64,000 nucleotides of DNA from Callorhinchus milii (lineage: Eukaryota), in assembly GCF_018977255.1 (NCBI RefSeq), contig NW_024704742.1, forward strand, positions 127,536,001 through 127,600,000, written 5' to 3'. Shown in pieces: positions 1-13,213 of this stretch. Both the position numbers and the translations under genes were made by a program. Under the pieces are notes generated by a model, which saw only the letters and a program-made list of their open reading frames with translations, had not been told where the DNA came from and made no database searches. Each line of letters begins with the position of its first letter. Within the stretch, counting starts at the first letter, position 1.

Positions 1-9
1 CATGGAGAA

Positions 10-1450
10 TCCAACTCAAGTCAGTTTTCCAGGTTTGTCACTAGTGGAGGTCAGATTTTTGACCTCGGGGGAATTTACAAAATAATGGTACTGGAGACAT
101 TTGAAAATGTTGTTCTTTTTCAGAAAATATTCATGTTGAAGTAGTTTGAAGGGCTGGCAGATCCCTGTTCTGAAAAATGCGAAAATTGGGCAGTTGTCAA
201 TTAGACTGGGTATTACAATGCGATATATATAAAAAAAACTTGCATTGATATAGTACCTTTCACATTAAGAGGACAGCTCAAAGCATTTCACAAAATTTAC
301 TGTAAAGTGTAGTGACTGTATCCAAAATCTCACTAACCTTTGAATCCCAGAGGCTGGCAAAAGTTGAAAATGTTGACAGCGCCCTGTTTATGGCATACAT
401 TATGGATATAAAATATCTAGAAGGTTCCAGCATACAGTTGCTTCGAAGTACCACTTAATTCTGATTCCAAGGTACAGAATCCAAACTTTGAATTAATTTA
501 CTAAAGTTTTTAGCATCTTTGATCCTATTTGTATAAAAATGACAGAAAGGCCTAGTCAGTTCTCTATCTTCCAGAACACAAACCACATTTTCATTATTGT
601 CACTGGTGGAATTATTCACAGCTATAAAAAACCCCTCTAAACATTAGATGCCAGTCCTGAAAAAAACAGCAAATATGGTCACCAAAAATTTCTGGATTCC
701 CAAAGATCAATTCTTCTCTTGTCAGCAATTTAAAGACCTTTGTGATGTGGTTTTATAACGGGACAATCCCATTTTATTTCGAATTGTCAAATTTGGTAAA
801 TATACCATCATACATAGAATACTTCATGACCATTATCGAGTGCCCGTGCAACTAGTCATTCATACAAACCATGACATAAATAAAATTTTTGCGATTTGTA
901 GCCAGGGTATTTCACTTCAGAGTACAGTACTTCTCTTTGTTATGTGCTGTGTTCTTTGAAGTTTAACGTTGGTGGAGAACAACTGCTCCTCACAGATTTA
1001 ATGGAATTCTATTAAGAGCAGAGACCTGTAAAGAGACGTATATATAAAGTATGGGCATGCATGAATCATCTGATAACTCAATTTGTATGCTTTCCCAGAC
1101 TTCTGCTTCCTCCCAATCAGAATTTTATGCACTTTCCCTCACCATGAATCCTGCTGCAGGAGGCTCTCACTTTGCTGCAGAGTAATTGACCTTGACAACC
1201 TTGATACTTTGAAATTGCTTTATTTTTACTGTGTTTGTCAGTGAGTGTTTTCATTCCTGTGGAGTTATGCACTTCTATAGAGGGTAGGAATCTGCTATTT
1301 TGTTGTTGTTCATATTTATTTTAACACTTCTGAAGAAAAGAGATGAGAATTTTTTTTGAAAAGTTACTGTGATGGAAATCAACGAGTGACTGTTGAATGA
1401 ACCGCAGTTTGTTATTGCTTGCCAAAACTTTTAATATGAGAATAGATCAT
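10..1450 (-). pseudogene. Decayed TLR-like relic: LRR, juxtamembrane, TIR (TLR3-like C-terminus)
   Basis: Minus strand, in order: LKVLASNNKLRFIQ and VKINMNNNKIAD (LRRs, ~1300-1440); VFYV*WYIYQI; VCVLEDRE; MYAINRAL. After a SINE tail at 237-322: FKLLQHEYFLKKNNIFK..YFVNSP, compare TLR3 YKLNHALCLRRGMFK..ILNWP. Several in-frame stops. Confidence 0.6.
237..322 (-). mobile_element. SINE 3' tail fragment
   Basis: Reverse complement of the SINE tail seen in full copies; interrupts the TIR relic. Confidence 0.7.
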
Positions 1451-1547
1451 TTACCTAAGTTTTGCTTTGTGTAAAGTTGTATGCTGGCACAGTTAGCTAA
1501 AGGAAAGCATCATTGTTTGGTGTGAAGATTGGAGTGTGTGTATGTTG

Positions 1548-1990
1548 ATCAGCTCAGTTGGTAACGCTCTTACCTTTGACTTGAGCTCACAATTTAGACT
1601 GACGTTTCAATGCAGTACTCAGAGATGTCAATTTACTGTGGGTTCAAAGACCCACATTAGGACTTTGAGCTCACAGTCTAGGCTGACATGCCAGTGCAGC
1701 GCTGGAAAGGTGCCATTGTCAGAGGTGCCATGCTTCAAGTGAGATATTAAACAGAGATCCTGTCTGCTTCTTTAAGTGAATGTTAAGGAAAAAAGAAAGG
1801 AGCTTTCCTGGCCAACAATCCTCCAGATAAATTGTTCATTTACTTCATAGCTTTTGTGAGCCAGTTATATGCGAATTGGCTACAATGTTCACCTAGAAAT
1901 AAGTAATCGCTACCCTTTACAAAAATGTTTTGCAGTATGCTTTCACACTCTGAATTTTCTAGACGTTACATCAGATGCAGAGGTTATTAT
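1548..1990 (+). mobile_element. Old tRNA-derived Deu-domain SINE, head partly duplicated
   Basis: agctcagttggtaacgctc head, gagatattaaac..gatcctgtctgc body, aattggctacaatgtt Deu-like segment; related to 28834, 54461 and 57880. Confidence 0.7.
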
Positions 1991-3354
1991 TAATGAACTG
2001 ATTTCTCTGTTTTACCCCGATTAAGGTTAAGGTGTGAACTTGAATTAGAAACTGGCTAAAGAGAAAGAAGCAGAGGTTAGTCATAGCGTATGCAAAGGGT
2101 AGGGGAGCTGGGTTGAGATGGAGAGAGGCATGGTATGGGTACTTTAGCGGTCTGTGCTAGATACCCCTGAGAAGGGTTAGAGAGTGATCAAGATTTATGT
2201 ACCCATTTGCGTTTCTTCCTACCATCAGTTTATTGAAAACAGGTTTTCATTGGCTGAAAGACTGATCTGCTAAGTCAATTTTTGCAGCCAATGAAAACTA
2301 ATAAGCTGAAGATTGACAGAGCTGCCTTTCCTAATTTCAGTGTCAGAGTTTAGAGTGAGTCTGCAAACACAAATACATGTTATTGGTCCCAACTGAGAGA
2401 CCACAGCCCTATGTGAGTAGAAGTCAATGGTGTTCTAAGGGTTAAGTTAGACATTTATGAATTTGATACTGCATAGACTTAGTATCCAACTGTGAAGGCA
2501 GCATATTCTGATAACACTGCATCCTAATTTACCACATGTGATGCTTTAAGATATCCAATCAGATGCCAGTTGAAATGATTCAAATTGCTTGCTTCACTGC
2601 GCGGGAATGAGGTACTTGACCTATGCAAATGAATGGGATATTTGTAAAGACAGTAAAGAGCACAAAGTGAAAGCTGAAGCAAAGCACAAAGGCATTGACA
2701 TTTTTCTGAAGCTGAACTGTTTTCACTTGTTAACCAATTTATCAAATATAAAGGAACTTTATTTGGCACAAAACCTATTTTTCCACTACAGCAGGGCAAC
2801 CTTGCAGGGGATTCACAAAACAAACAGAATTGTTATAAATACATGAATCATTTCAAAGTGACTTCAAAGGAGTATCAAAAATAAAAGCTGAATCCAATGA
2901 CGAACAGAACGCATCACACAAAAAAAACATAATCTGCTCTCCCTGAAAGAATCGTTTGCTAATCTGAGTGTATTGTTGGAAAACATTTCAAGATATTGCA
3001 CAAGGGAGGAAGCAGCTAGTCAGAGTTTGAGGAGTCTAGCAAATATTACATGGCTGTTCTTTAACAGTTGTTCCACTATACATTTCTAAAAATTACATCG
3101 GCCTTCCAGATTCAACAATGGAACATCATCAAAAAGAAGCTAAGTAAGTGAGCCCGAGCTAGGTGGGAGAAAAAGGGATACGGGAAGTAGCTGAACACTC
3201 AGCCAAAGATACACTGTTTTTGATAGAGAAGATGGAGAGAGTGAAGTGGAGGGATTTCGGAAGAGAGTTCCAAAGAATGAGGGCAAAGTAGCTATAAACT
3301 TAACTGGCGATCATGGGGTGGAGGGGTTCGTGTGAAGTGGAGGTAGTGTTGCTT

Positions 3355-4402
3355 TTCGGTTGCTTTTCTGACTGGAGGGAAGTGTGCAATGGTGTCCCCA
3401 GGGGTCGGTATTGGGACTACTGCTGTTTTTGATCTTTATAAATCACCTGACTTGGGCATAGGGAGTACAATTTCCAAGTTTGCAAATCATACTAAGCCAG
3501 GAAAAGTAATAAACAGTGAGGAGGATAGTAGCAGACTGCAAGAGGACATAGACAGACTGGTAAGATGGGCAGACACGTGGCAGATGAAGTTTAATGTGGA
3601 GAAATGCCAAGTGATGAATTTTGGGAGGAAGAATGAGGAGAGGCAATATAATCTGATGGTACAATCTTAAAGGGTGTGAAGGAACAGAGAGACCTGGGGG
3701 TTTATATAAGTAAATCTTTGAAGGTGGCAGTGCAGGTAGATAAAGCTGTTAAAAAAGCATACGGGATACTAGGCTTTATAAATAGGGGCATAGAATACAA
3801 AATTCAAGAAGTTATGATGAACCTTTGTAAAACACTGGTTAGGCCTCAGCGAGAGACTGTGTTCAGTTCTGGGTATCACACTTTAAGAAGAATGTCAAGG
3901 CATTGGAGAGGGTGCAAAGGAGATTTACCAGGATGGTACCAGGAATGAGGGACTTCAGTTATCAGGAGAGGCTGGAGAAGCTAAGATTATTCTCCTTGGA
4001 GCAGAGAAGGTTAAGAGGAGACTTAATAGAAGTTTTCAAAATTATGAGGGATTCGATAGTGAACAAGGAGAAACTATTTCCACTGGCGGGTGGGTCGGTA
4101 ACCCGAGGACACCGATTTAAAATAGTTGTTAAAAGAAACAGAGGGGAGGTAAGGAGAAATTTTTTCACACAACGAGTTGTTTGGATCTGGAATGCATTGC
4201 CTGAAAGGGTGATGGAAGCCGATTCAATAACAATTTTTAAGAGAGAAGATAATTATTTGGGGAGGACAAGTTTGCAGGGCTATGGGGAGAGAGCAGGGGA
4301 GTGGGATTGATTTGGATAGCTCTTTTCAAAGAGGCGGCACAGACACAATGGGCCGAATTGCCTCCTTCTGTGCTGTATATTTCTATCATTCTGTGATTCT
4401 AT
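3355..4402 (+). mobile_element. CR1 LINE, 5'-truncated (RT C-terminus and 3' UTR)
   Basis: ORFs 3389..4310: ISKFA..LQEDIDRLVRWADTWQMKFN, ERVQRRFTRMVPG..RRLRGDLIEVFKI; attct-type tail. Flanked by old L2 pieces (~3120-3330, ~4400-4630). Confidence 0.95.
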
Positions 4403-4789
4403 AGTGAGTGGTGGATTGCACAGAAATAATAGTCTTGAGTAAGGCCTTGGAGTCTGTGCAGGAGAAATGTGAGGGCAGAGTTGTGGATGGGCTTATGCAC
4501 GTTACATCTGGGGACAACTTTAACAGGAGAGGTTAAATCTGGAAGTGTCAAAGGCATGAATCATGTTTTTGCCTGAATTGGGGGTAAGATAGCAACAGAA
4601 GCACAGATGGAAGAAAGCAGATTTGGTCAGTCACCACATGAAAAGCTTAAAAGAAAGATAAGCGTCAAAATGGTAATAGGTAGAACACAGCAAAACAAAA
4701 GGAAAAAAAAAGTTGACCTTGCATAGGTAATTAAAACATTTAATATATATATATTTTACATACTTGGGTTTAATATGACAATAATCAAA

Positions 4790-5110
4790 TGGTTCACTCA
4801 CCTCACAAGTGAGCGATCTGGTTTGATTCCTGGCAGGGTAAAATATTGGGCAAGTTTCCTCACTCCACAAGCCTCTGTTTACCTAGCAGTAAGTAAGAAT
4901 CCGGTTGTTAGTCGATTGGTGGATTGCTTTTCCGGTGGTAAAAATTCCTTAAAAAAAATTGGTCACTTCATTCCACGACTGTTTGTGGGACACTGGTTTG
5001 CGCAATTGGCTGCTGCATTTCGCCCACAAAATATACAGTCAATTCACTTTATAGTATATTTTGTGAAGCGCTTTGAGATGTCCTGAAGACTTGCAAGGAT
5101 TATTATTATT
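4790..5110 (+). mobile_element. tRNA/Deu SINE, long form
   Basis: ggcagggtaaaatattgggcaagtttcc ... ctgtttgtgggacac..caattggctgc ... (tta)n tail. Confidence 0.9.
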
Positions 5111-5512
5111 CAGAAACATAATTTCCTGCAAACTAAAAGGATTCAGAATTATTAGATTCAAACCTATATATAGTGAAGGAATCTTATGGGAAACTGAAAT
5201 GGTATCCTAGATGGATTGATGGTTTATTCTTGCCTGCAATTGTTACTGTGTATGGAGCTACCTTAATGTTTAACTTGATTTATTCGTACAGTATATTATT
5301 GTTTCTTTCAGTATTACAGTGCATGAGCAGAAACATACAAAACTGGTTGCTCCATGGAGACAGCAGTTTCCAGGAACCAAATGGTAGTCTAAGGTTGGCC
5401 ACATAAATCAGGATATAATGACTCTCACTACCTTTCATCTGGCACCAAACAACAAAGTTACGGAAAAGTTTCTTTCACATCTATCAAAAAATGATAAAAC
5501 CTGTGTTTATAT

Positions 5513-5868
5513 AATAATAATAATTGCATTTAATATAGCACTTTATCACATTTTCAAGACCTCTCAAAGTACTTCACAGAACATACTGTAAAGGGAATTG
5601 ACTGTTTATTTTGTGGGTGAAACGCGGCAGCCAATTGTGCTCAACAGTGTCTCACAAACAGTAGTGGGTTGAGTGACCAAATTATTATTATTATAATTTA
5701 TTTTAAAGGGATTATTACCCTGAAAAAGCAATCCGCCAATCGACTAAACAACTTGGTACCTACTTACTGCTGGGGAAACTGAAGCATGTGGAGTAAGAAA
5801 ACTTGCCTGAGTCGAACCCAGGTCCTCTCACTTGCGATGCGAGTGGTTTAACCACTAAGTTACAGGAC
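5513..5868 (-). mobile_element. tRNA/Deu SINE, long form
   Basis: Reverse complement of the same family. Confidence 0.9.
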
Positions 5869-6041
5869 ATTTACTCTTTAAAGAAGAAAACTTTATTTTA
5901 AAGGAAGTTATTTTTTGGCCCAATATGAACAAACTGAGAGAATTTGAATTTACTGAGTACTTTTTCCGAATGATAAATTGCTTATTTTATACAACCAATC
6001 TGGCAATATTTTTTCAAACAATATTAAGTGATCAGATGTGA

Positions 6042-6055
6042 CCAGAAGATGGCAG
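6042..6055 (+). promoter_or_regulatory. Candidate CTCF motif
   Basis: CCAGAAGATGGCAG, 13/14 match to CCASYAGRKGGCRS; motif match only. Confidence 0.3.
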
Positions 6056-6349
6056 TGTTGTTGAAAGACTTTTACTGAGGAAGATTTGTTCAAGTGAAAG
6101 GAAAATGAGAAAAAAACAAGTGTGCAGTAAACATTGCTGCATAATCTCTTTAAACTTTCCAAATTGAAATTCAAACTGTTTAAGAAAACACATTTGAATG
6201 GAAATGTAATCACTACTGCCTTGTCATTACAATATCAACTTGACAGCAAATTATCATCACTGCTTTAAAATGGAGAGCAAATATTAAATTAATACTCACC
6301 TAAAGAGCACAGACACAATCAGGCTTGCTCAGCATGGATTAAAAAACTA

Positions 6350-6930
6350 ATGGGGTCATTTATACAAATCACTGGCTAGGCCTCAGCTGTAGTATTTTGT
6401 CCAAATCTGGGCACCACACATTAGGAAGGTCGTCAGGGCTTTGGAGAGGGTGTAGAGGAGATTTACAAGAATTATACCAGGGATGAGGGACTACAATCAT
6501 GTGGAGAGACTAGAGAGGCTGGGCTTATTCTCTTTAGAGCAGAAAAGGTTGAGGAAGATTAAATAGAGGTGTTCAAAATTATAAGGGGTTTTGCTAGATT
6601 AGATAGGGAGAAACTGTTTCCTCTGGCGGGTGGGTCGGTAACCAGAGGACACAGATTTAAGAAAACTGGGAAGGAAAAGAACCAGAGGGGAAACAAAGAG
6701 AATTTTTTTTACCCAGAGAGTTGTTACGGTCTGGAATGCACTGCTTGAAAGGGTGGTGGAAACAGATTTGAGAGTAACTTTCAAAAGGGAATTGGATAGG
6801 TACTTAAAAAGGAAGAATTTGCAGGGGTAAGAGCGGGGGAGTGGGCCTAGTTGGATAGCTCTTTCAAAGAACTGACATAGGCACGATGGGCTGAATGGCC
6901 TCCTTCTGTGAGTAAGATTCTATGATTCTA
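6350..6930 (+). mobile_element. CR1 LINE 3' fragment
   Basis: Paralogous to 3830-4400; ends attctatgattctat. Confidence 0.9.
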
Positions 6931-7423
6931 TAATTTAGCCAAATATTTGATATTTATCGCATTGAGGTAGCTGGAGACGTTGTTCTCAATGGTGAAAGAC
7001 TGAGAAGCTGGGCTGCTCAGTGGACCTCTGGCTTGTGTATAGTAAAACAAACCTCAAAAATCTGATGTTACGCTAAAAACCAATAGGGGTCATTTATACA
7101 AAAAGCCCATTGGCCAGCCCAGCTTTATGCTGCTTGAAAAGTCCTATATAAATACAAATTATTATTGTTGTTGTTACTACCATCTAAAGAATATTGAGGC
7201 ATTGGAGGGAATTTAGAGTAAAGTAACAATGAACATTTTGGGTGGGGGGGTGGGGTTTGGTAAGAGTTCCATATCATGAGGAGAGATTAGCAGATGGAAA
7301 TTTCTAATTAGGAAAAAAAAACTTGAGGGGGCATAATTCATGTTTTTAAATGCCAAAAAAAGTGTAAGAGCAGAACCCAATGAGGTAGTTTGCAATTGAG
7401 TTGCCTTAAAGAACAGCAATTAG

Positions 7424-7803
7424 CCTGTAGTTTAGTGGTTAGAGCACTTGTCTCACAAGTGAAAGTGACACACTTGTCTCACTGGGTTCAATTCCTGGCA
7501 GGGCGAAATATTGGGCAAGTTTCCTTACTCCACAACTCTCTGTTTACCTAGCATCAAATAGGAACTGGGTTGTTAGTCAATCGGTGGATCACTTTTCTGG
7601 GGGTAATAATCCCTTCAAAGTTTTTAAGAAAACAATAATAATAATTTGGTCACTCAATCCATGGCTGTTTGTGTACAATTGGCTGCCATGTTTCACCTGC
7701 AAAATATACAGTTAATTCACTTTACAGTATATTCTGTGAAGCGCTTTGAGATGTCACCAAGACGTAATAAGGCACTATATCAAATGCAAGGATTATTATT
7801 ATT
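7424..7803 (+). mobile_element. tRNA/Deu SINE, long form
   Basis: cctgtagtttagtggttagagcac head with a short internal duplication; (tta)n tail. Confidence 0.9.
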
Positions 7804-8699
7804 AGGTACATGGGAAGGGCAAGGGAATAATGATCTCGAGAAACTCAGACCATTTAAAGTAGAATCAGCTGAATGCTTGCAGATTTAGTGTTATGATTCT
7901 ATTTTTTTAATGTTCTCGCCATTGGTATATGCCTCTGTGATTCTGGTCTGGCTTCCTCCTCCTGGAGTGTGATTTCGCAGGCGTTAGTTACCTTCTTATA
8001 TTCTTTCAAATGGTCATTATTCATGTTTGAGCCTTGACAGTGAATACCTGTAGAGGGTGTCAGACTCAAGCCTGACCACTCCCCACCTAGCTGCCATTGA
8101 TATGTACAACCAGGAGCGGTGCTGTAGAGGTACCAGGAACAAGAACCCTAGCTGCTTTTTTCCTCCCTAATGCTGAGAAGGCAGGGATTAATTTAGCTTT
8201 ACCATGCAACTTGGGGTAAGACCAGCAAACACAGCACAGAATGAGCAACTCACTAACATTACTTCTGTTTATAAACTGCAACTTTATCCACTCCACCATT
8301 GGAACTGCCCCACATCCCTCCCTCCCCCAGAAAAACACTATTAAAAGTTAACAGGGAATTGGGATTAGTGAGCTCCAGTGAAGGAGCTGGCACGGGTAGG
8401 GGATTCTTATTACGTTGTAATTTCTTGATCCTAGAACGAAGTCAATTGTGGTGGACGCTTTGCATTAAATGATATTTATACTGAATAACTAAAATAGTTA
8501 TCTACTGTTATACATTCGGGAATCTTACTTCATAAGTTTATTACTAATTTGTTATTACTTTACGTTATCAAATATTATCATGTATTTTCTATTTGATTAG
8601 CTCTGTGTAGTTAATTCATTAATAAGAGCTAAGTGTTATTCTGCTCCATTGGGTGAGTTTAGTACATTTCTCATAAATAAATTTAATGCAGTTTATAAT

Positions 8700-9520
8700 T
8701 ATAAACAACGTCACATTTTCAATGTAAAATTAAATTCTAGTTACAAAATTGGAATCCAATTATTTATGAACACTTGGGACAAATTTGCTAAACAGTTTCA
8801 AAATAGCAGAATAGCATTTAGCCCACATCAACACATTCACCGCAGGAACCGCACAGGGGTATGCTGCACCAAGACAGGGTGTTTCTCTTACACAACTATC
8901 ATAGGATTCCTTATTGATGATCAAGCTGTTTTACATTATAGGAGAAATTGATCCATTCTTCCCATTTAATTATTAATTCAATTTGCAATATTTTTGATTC
9001 TTAGCAGTACAGTACTGCTGATTTCAACTGATTTTGCAATACGATTTGCACATATATAGAGCCCTTCAGGTCAGGAAGATATCCCAAAGCGCTCGACAAG
9101 CCTATCTGACAATGGAGCTGAGGGTGGGAGCTGACGGGATGAGAAGGGGGAAGATGACGGAAAGGGCAGTGAAAGAGGTATGTTTTATGGGGTACAGTAA
9201 AACTCTCATAAGTCTTGTAATTTGTATAATCAACAACACATTACATTTGTTTACATTTATATAGCGCCTAAGTCATACATGCACCTGAGTCCCATTCAGT
9301 TTCCTACCAAAACACTTAAATTTCTTTGTACTAGTTGTATTTTATAAAGCAAATCATCTCCAAACTCTTAACGCCGCTCCCTCACTTACTGGCGACATTG
9401 AATTGCGGGAAGTTCTAACCCATTGACGCATGTGAATGTCAACCTTTGTTCAAATGTCAATCTTTGTTTAAATCAGATTTTATACGATTTAAGCAAGTTT
9501 GCCTGTAACTTCATACTTTG
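8700..9520 (-). pseudogene. LRR relic fragments
   Basis: EWINFSYNVKQL, CLANLSQVFINNWI, GVKSLEMICF; short motifs, interrupted by an L2 tail at ~9050-9190. Confidence 0.35.
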
Positions 9521-10206
9521 TATAACATATTAAATGTTATGTGCCTGAAACTGTATCTTGAAAGAAGGGAGGGAGGCAGCAAGTTGCTGGAACCTGGGAA
9601 TGGTCCAAGCAGCTGAAAGGCCACCTGCTGATGGGGTTGACGGAAGAGAGGGGGATGTGGAGTAGGTCAGTATTGGTCAAGCGAAGGGAATGGCTGGATT
9701 GGTAAGGGAAGGAAGATATCCTGTGTTGAGACGTAAGGTGGGGCGAGACTATGGCAGAATTTAAAAGAAGATGAGGATCTTGAACTCTATCCGCTAGAGG
9801 TTGGGGAGCTAGCTATGGTCTGCAGAGTTCTTCATAGTCTGGAGCCTGTGCAAGGAAGAGCTGGGAAGTCCAGCAAGCAAAGTGTTGGAACAATTGAGCC
9901 TGGGGATAAGATAATTTTATAAACTGAAAAAGCAAACCCAATGCAAGTATTGATTGCATCAAACTATTTTAGCCCCTCTTTCTGTTACATTTGATTGCTT
10001 CTTTCTAATTGTATCTTCAGATCCCAGAATACAGTAAGTATATTTGCATGTTTTGACCTTTTTCTTTATGGTATTCATCATAACAACCTGAGGTTGGTGT
10101 AACTAGAAAAGATAAGCCATGAATGTAATCTTAGTAAATTGGATTGTCTTCCTCAAGAAGTAACAAAAAGTGCAGATTTGTAAATGGTTGATGAAATTCC
10201 TCAATA

Positions 10207-11320
10207 TCAACAATAAAAACAACTTGCATTTATATAACGGCCTTCACGTGGGGTAGCATTCCACAGCGCTTCACAGTAGCGGAGTCTGACAATGAGCCAG
10301 GGGGAGAGGGAGGGGGGAGATGACCGTAAGCACAATCAAAAAGGAAGGTCTTTAGGTGGGATTTGAAGGTGGGGAGGGACAGGTGGAAGAATTGCGGGAG
10401 GGAGTTCCACAGTTTCAGGGCATAGCGGCTGAAGGCACAGCCACCGGTGGTGGAATGGAGGGCACAAGGGACAAATAGGAGGCCGGAGCTGGCCGAGTGG
10501 AGGCAGCGGGTGGTGGAGTTGTGGGTAAGTAGGATAGATAGGGAGGAGCGAGGGTATGAAGTGATTTGAAAAAGATTGAGAGGATCTTGAAATTGATCCG
10601 TTCGGTGATTGGGAGCCAGTGGATCCTGGCAAGATTGGTGTGATGAGTACATGGAGTTTCGTGTGGGTGAGTATCCGGGTGGCAGATTTTTTAATTAATT
10701 GGGTTTTGTGTATGGTGGAGCTGGGGAGACCAGCATGGAAAGTATTAGAATAGTCCAGCTGGGAAGTGATCAAGGCACAGACGAGGGTTTCAGCTGTGTT
10801 AGTTGTGAGGTACAGATGAAGGTGGGCAACGTGGTGGAGGTGCAAAAAATTGTTCCTGGTCAGGGAATGGATGTGGGGTAGAAAGGAAAGCTGGGGATTG
10901 AACCTGACGCCTAAGTTGCGCATGGGTTTGGAGAGTCTGAGGGACAGCCGGGAAGGTTGAGGAGTTCAGACCCGCAGGAGAGAAGATGTTGATGGGACCC
11001 AAAGAGTATGGTTTCCATCTTGTCGACATTCAAATGCAGGAAATTTGCGCTCATCCAGGCCTTGATGTCTGTCAAACAAGCTGACAGGACATCAGAGGAC
11101 TGGGAATCACAGCTGGAGGAGAAGTAGATTTGAGTGTCACCTACATACATGTGGAAGTTGAGCCCATGTCTGTGGATGACATCGTCGAGAGGGAGCTAGT
11201 AGATAAATAAAAGAAGGGGTCCAAGGATGGAGCCTTGGAGTATCCCGTGGGTGACCGAGCGGGGGCAAGAGGAAAAATCATTGGCGGAGATGAAGTGCTG
11301 GCAGTCGGTTAAGTAGGACA
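10207..11320 (-). mobile_element. L2 LINE (RT C-terminus and tail)
   Basis: ORFs YVGDTQIYF..LTDIKAWMSANFLHLN, RNLGV..LITSQLDYSN, FKSHLKTFLF. Confidence 0.95.
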
Positions 11321-11419
11321 TTTGTAATGTCATTTCATTACAAAATTAATTTAATATATATGAAAATAATAAGTTACTGATGAATAATCTGCTGCCACAA
11401 TAATTTTAAATTCTTGGAG

Positions 11420-11860
11420 TACCTATTGTATGATGTCACCTTCTAGTCAAATGTCAGTTAGGTTTATTTATGTTGGATATCTAAAGTTCATGTGCTGTCA
11501 TAAACTGTATTTGAGAGCCAACTAGCTCGTAGCTCCTTAATTGCACAATCTTGGAGACTCAATTTATAGCAAGAAAGTGCATTTTGTTTTTGACAAAACC
11601 TATTCAATATTACACAATGCAAAAAAAAGACAGAGTTTAACTTTGTGCTTTAATCTTCGTGTTTCATTGATCTTCGAAAACTGCACAGTCCATACTCTTG
11701 ATGATATCTCTGGAACCACTTGATTGAATGGGAGCTTTATAACTCTGTGCCAGATATCTACTATCCTGTATTTATTTGGGAAGTAATCACAGGTCAGAGG
11801 GCAGTAGGGTTTCACCTCCGCATAGTTTCTTTGGGGAAAATGTAACATTGAGTTATTCTA
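11420..11860 (+). pseudogene. TIR relic (TLR7/8-like wording)
   Basis: LYDVTF..CWIS, KLYLR, HNLGDSIYSKKVHFVFDKTY (ORF 11541..11723; compare TLR8 [20 protein letters not shown]), SILLMISLEPL, FLWGK. Confidence 0.7.
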
Positions 11861-12830
11861 TCCCTTTGAGAAACATAACAAAATTACACTCACAGAGGAA
11901 TAAGATGATTTATTACCAAGGTTCCATTTGTAACTAAGAATTTCACACAACTAATTTCAAAGTGCTTGTATGGCTGCCTGAATTTAAAGGGGCATTGTTG
12001 TCTAATTAAAGAGAGTTGAGCAAAAAGGAATCTTTCAGAACAAGTTCGAATTTTTCTTTGTATAATGATTCCCCATGAGGTTTGGCTTGTGCTCTGCTCA
12101 GCTCTGTTTTTGAGACCTTGAGTGTGAACCACTAGTTGGCAATTTTAGCTCAGTTGCTAAGCTCTTCGTCATCACAATTATGATTATTTCCACTTGAATG
12201 GTGGAGGTGAGGCTGCTGAAAGCTTGTGGATAACGTTATTTGAGATGTTTAATCAATACACACACTGTATATATAATAATAATAATCCTTGCATTTGATA
12301 TAGTGCCTTATCACGTCTTCGAGATGTCTCAAAGTGCTTCACAGAATATACTGTAAAGTGAATTGACTGTATATTTTGCGGGCAAAACGCAGCAGCCAGT
12401 TGCGCACAGCAGTGTCCCACAAACAGTCGTGGATTGAATTGACCAATCTATTATGATTATTTTTTGAGGGAATTATTACCCCCGGAAAAAAATCCACCAG
12501 TTTCCTACTTACTGCTAGATAAATTGAAGCTTGTGGAGTAAGGAAACTTACCCAACATTTCGCCCTGCCAGGAATTGAACCCAGGTCTTTCGCTTGTGAG
12601 ACGATTGCTCTAGCCACTGAGCTACAGGACTCCTCCATACATAAGCTTCTATATACGATCAGGACTGTGGAAACATTTATAAAACTGTCATTGAAAAGAT
12701 AGGATGGATGGGCTGCAAATCTGCTACCATGAGCCATTTATGTTTAGGATATCTTGGCTTGCAAGCCGGCAATTTAAGATGGTAAAATACCCCATAAAAG
12801 TAACATGCTGCATAATACTGAACGACTTTA
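11600..12830 (-). pseudogene. LRR to LRRCT to TM relic (TLR5-like LRRCT), split by a SINE
   Basis: SYLFNDSFINVS (~12660-12710), LNISNNVIHKL, PQAFSSLTS, LFLCECNFVMFLKGIE*LNVTF (~11845-11905; compare TLR5 FICECELSTFINWLNHTNVT), LTCDYFP, KVKLCLFFALC. Confidence 0.55.
12275..12633 (-). mobile_element. tRNA/Deu SINE, long form
   Basis: Full copy ending ..gagctacaggactcc. Confidence 0.92.
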
Positions 12831-12964
12831 TAGCCTCATGAGTATAGAATAATAATAATAATTTGCACTTATTTAGCACTTATATAAAATAAACGTCACA
12901 AAGCATTTTACAGAAGAAAATTAATTAGTAATGATATAAGCATGCTACGTGTAAACAGGCAATA

Positions 12965-13213
12965 TCATACAACACACTGAAAATAAGAGTCATAAAATAG
13001 CTGTTGTACCTGCTTAAGGAGAAACCTATAGGAAGATAAAAAAGGTGTATGTGCTGAGCCATGGAGAAATGATGAAGATGAAAGTAAGTCATTGACTTGA
13101 GCAGAAGCTGAATCGAAGCCTTGGTATATGTAATGGGTTCCCAGCAGGAGGCAGGTGCAATCTGAATTACAAAATGGGTTGCTTAGCAGCCTCCTCACTA
13201 GAACTGGTGACAC
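12965..13213 (-). pseudogene. LRRCT relic
   Basis: LLSNPFCNSDCTCLL in ORF 12965..13213 (NPFxCxC cap). Confidence 0.5.

Larger units (their letters stand above)
2225..6130 (+). pseudogene. Decayed TLR relic (LRRs, TM, TIR) split by L2, CR1 and two SINEs
   Basis: NKLKIDRAAFPNF, FKLLASLRGNEVLDL, LTNLSNIKELYLAQNLF (ORF 2589..2846), SLRSLANITWLFFNSC. Hydrophobic segment with NLIYSYSILL (ORF 5173..5406). Then VTEKFLSHL..KTCVY (~5460-5510) and IYSLKKKTLF (~5870). Order matches TLR architecture. Confidence 0.65.

Noticed and set aside
1..1030. Spliced exon or endogenous viral ORF on minus (acceptor-like ctctttacag near 1026)
   Set aside because: All frames contain stops, and the motif order fits a decayed TLR better.
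9910..10200. TLR relic call here
   Set aside because: It reads as TM-like on plus and LRR-like on minus (PFTNLHFL), both weak; I could not choose, so it is left uncalled.
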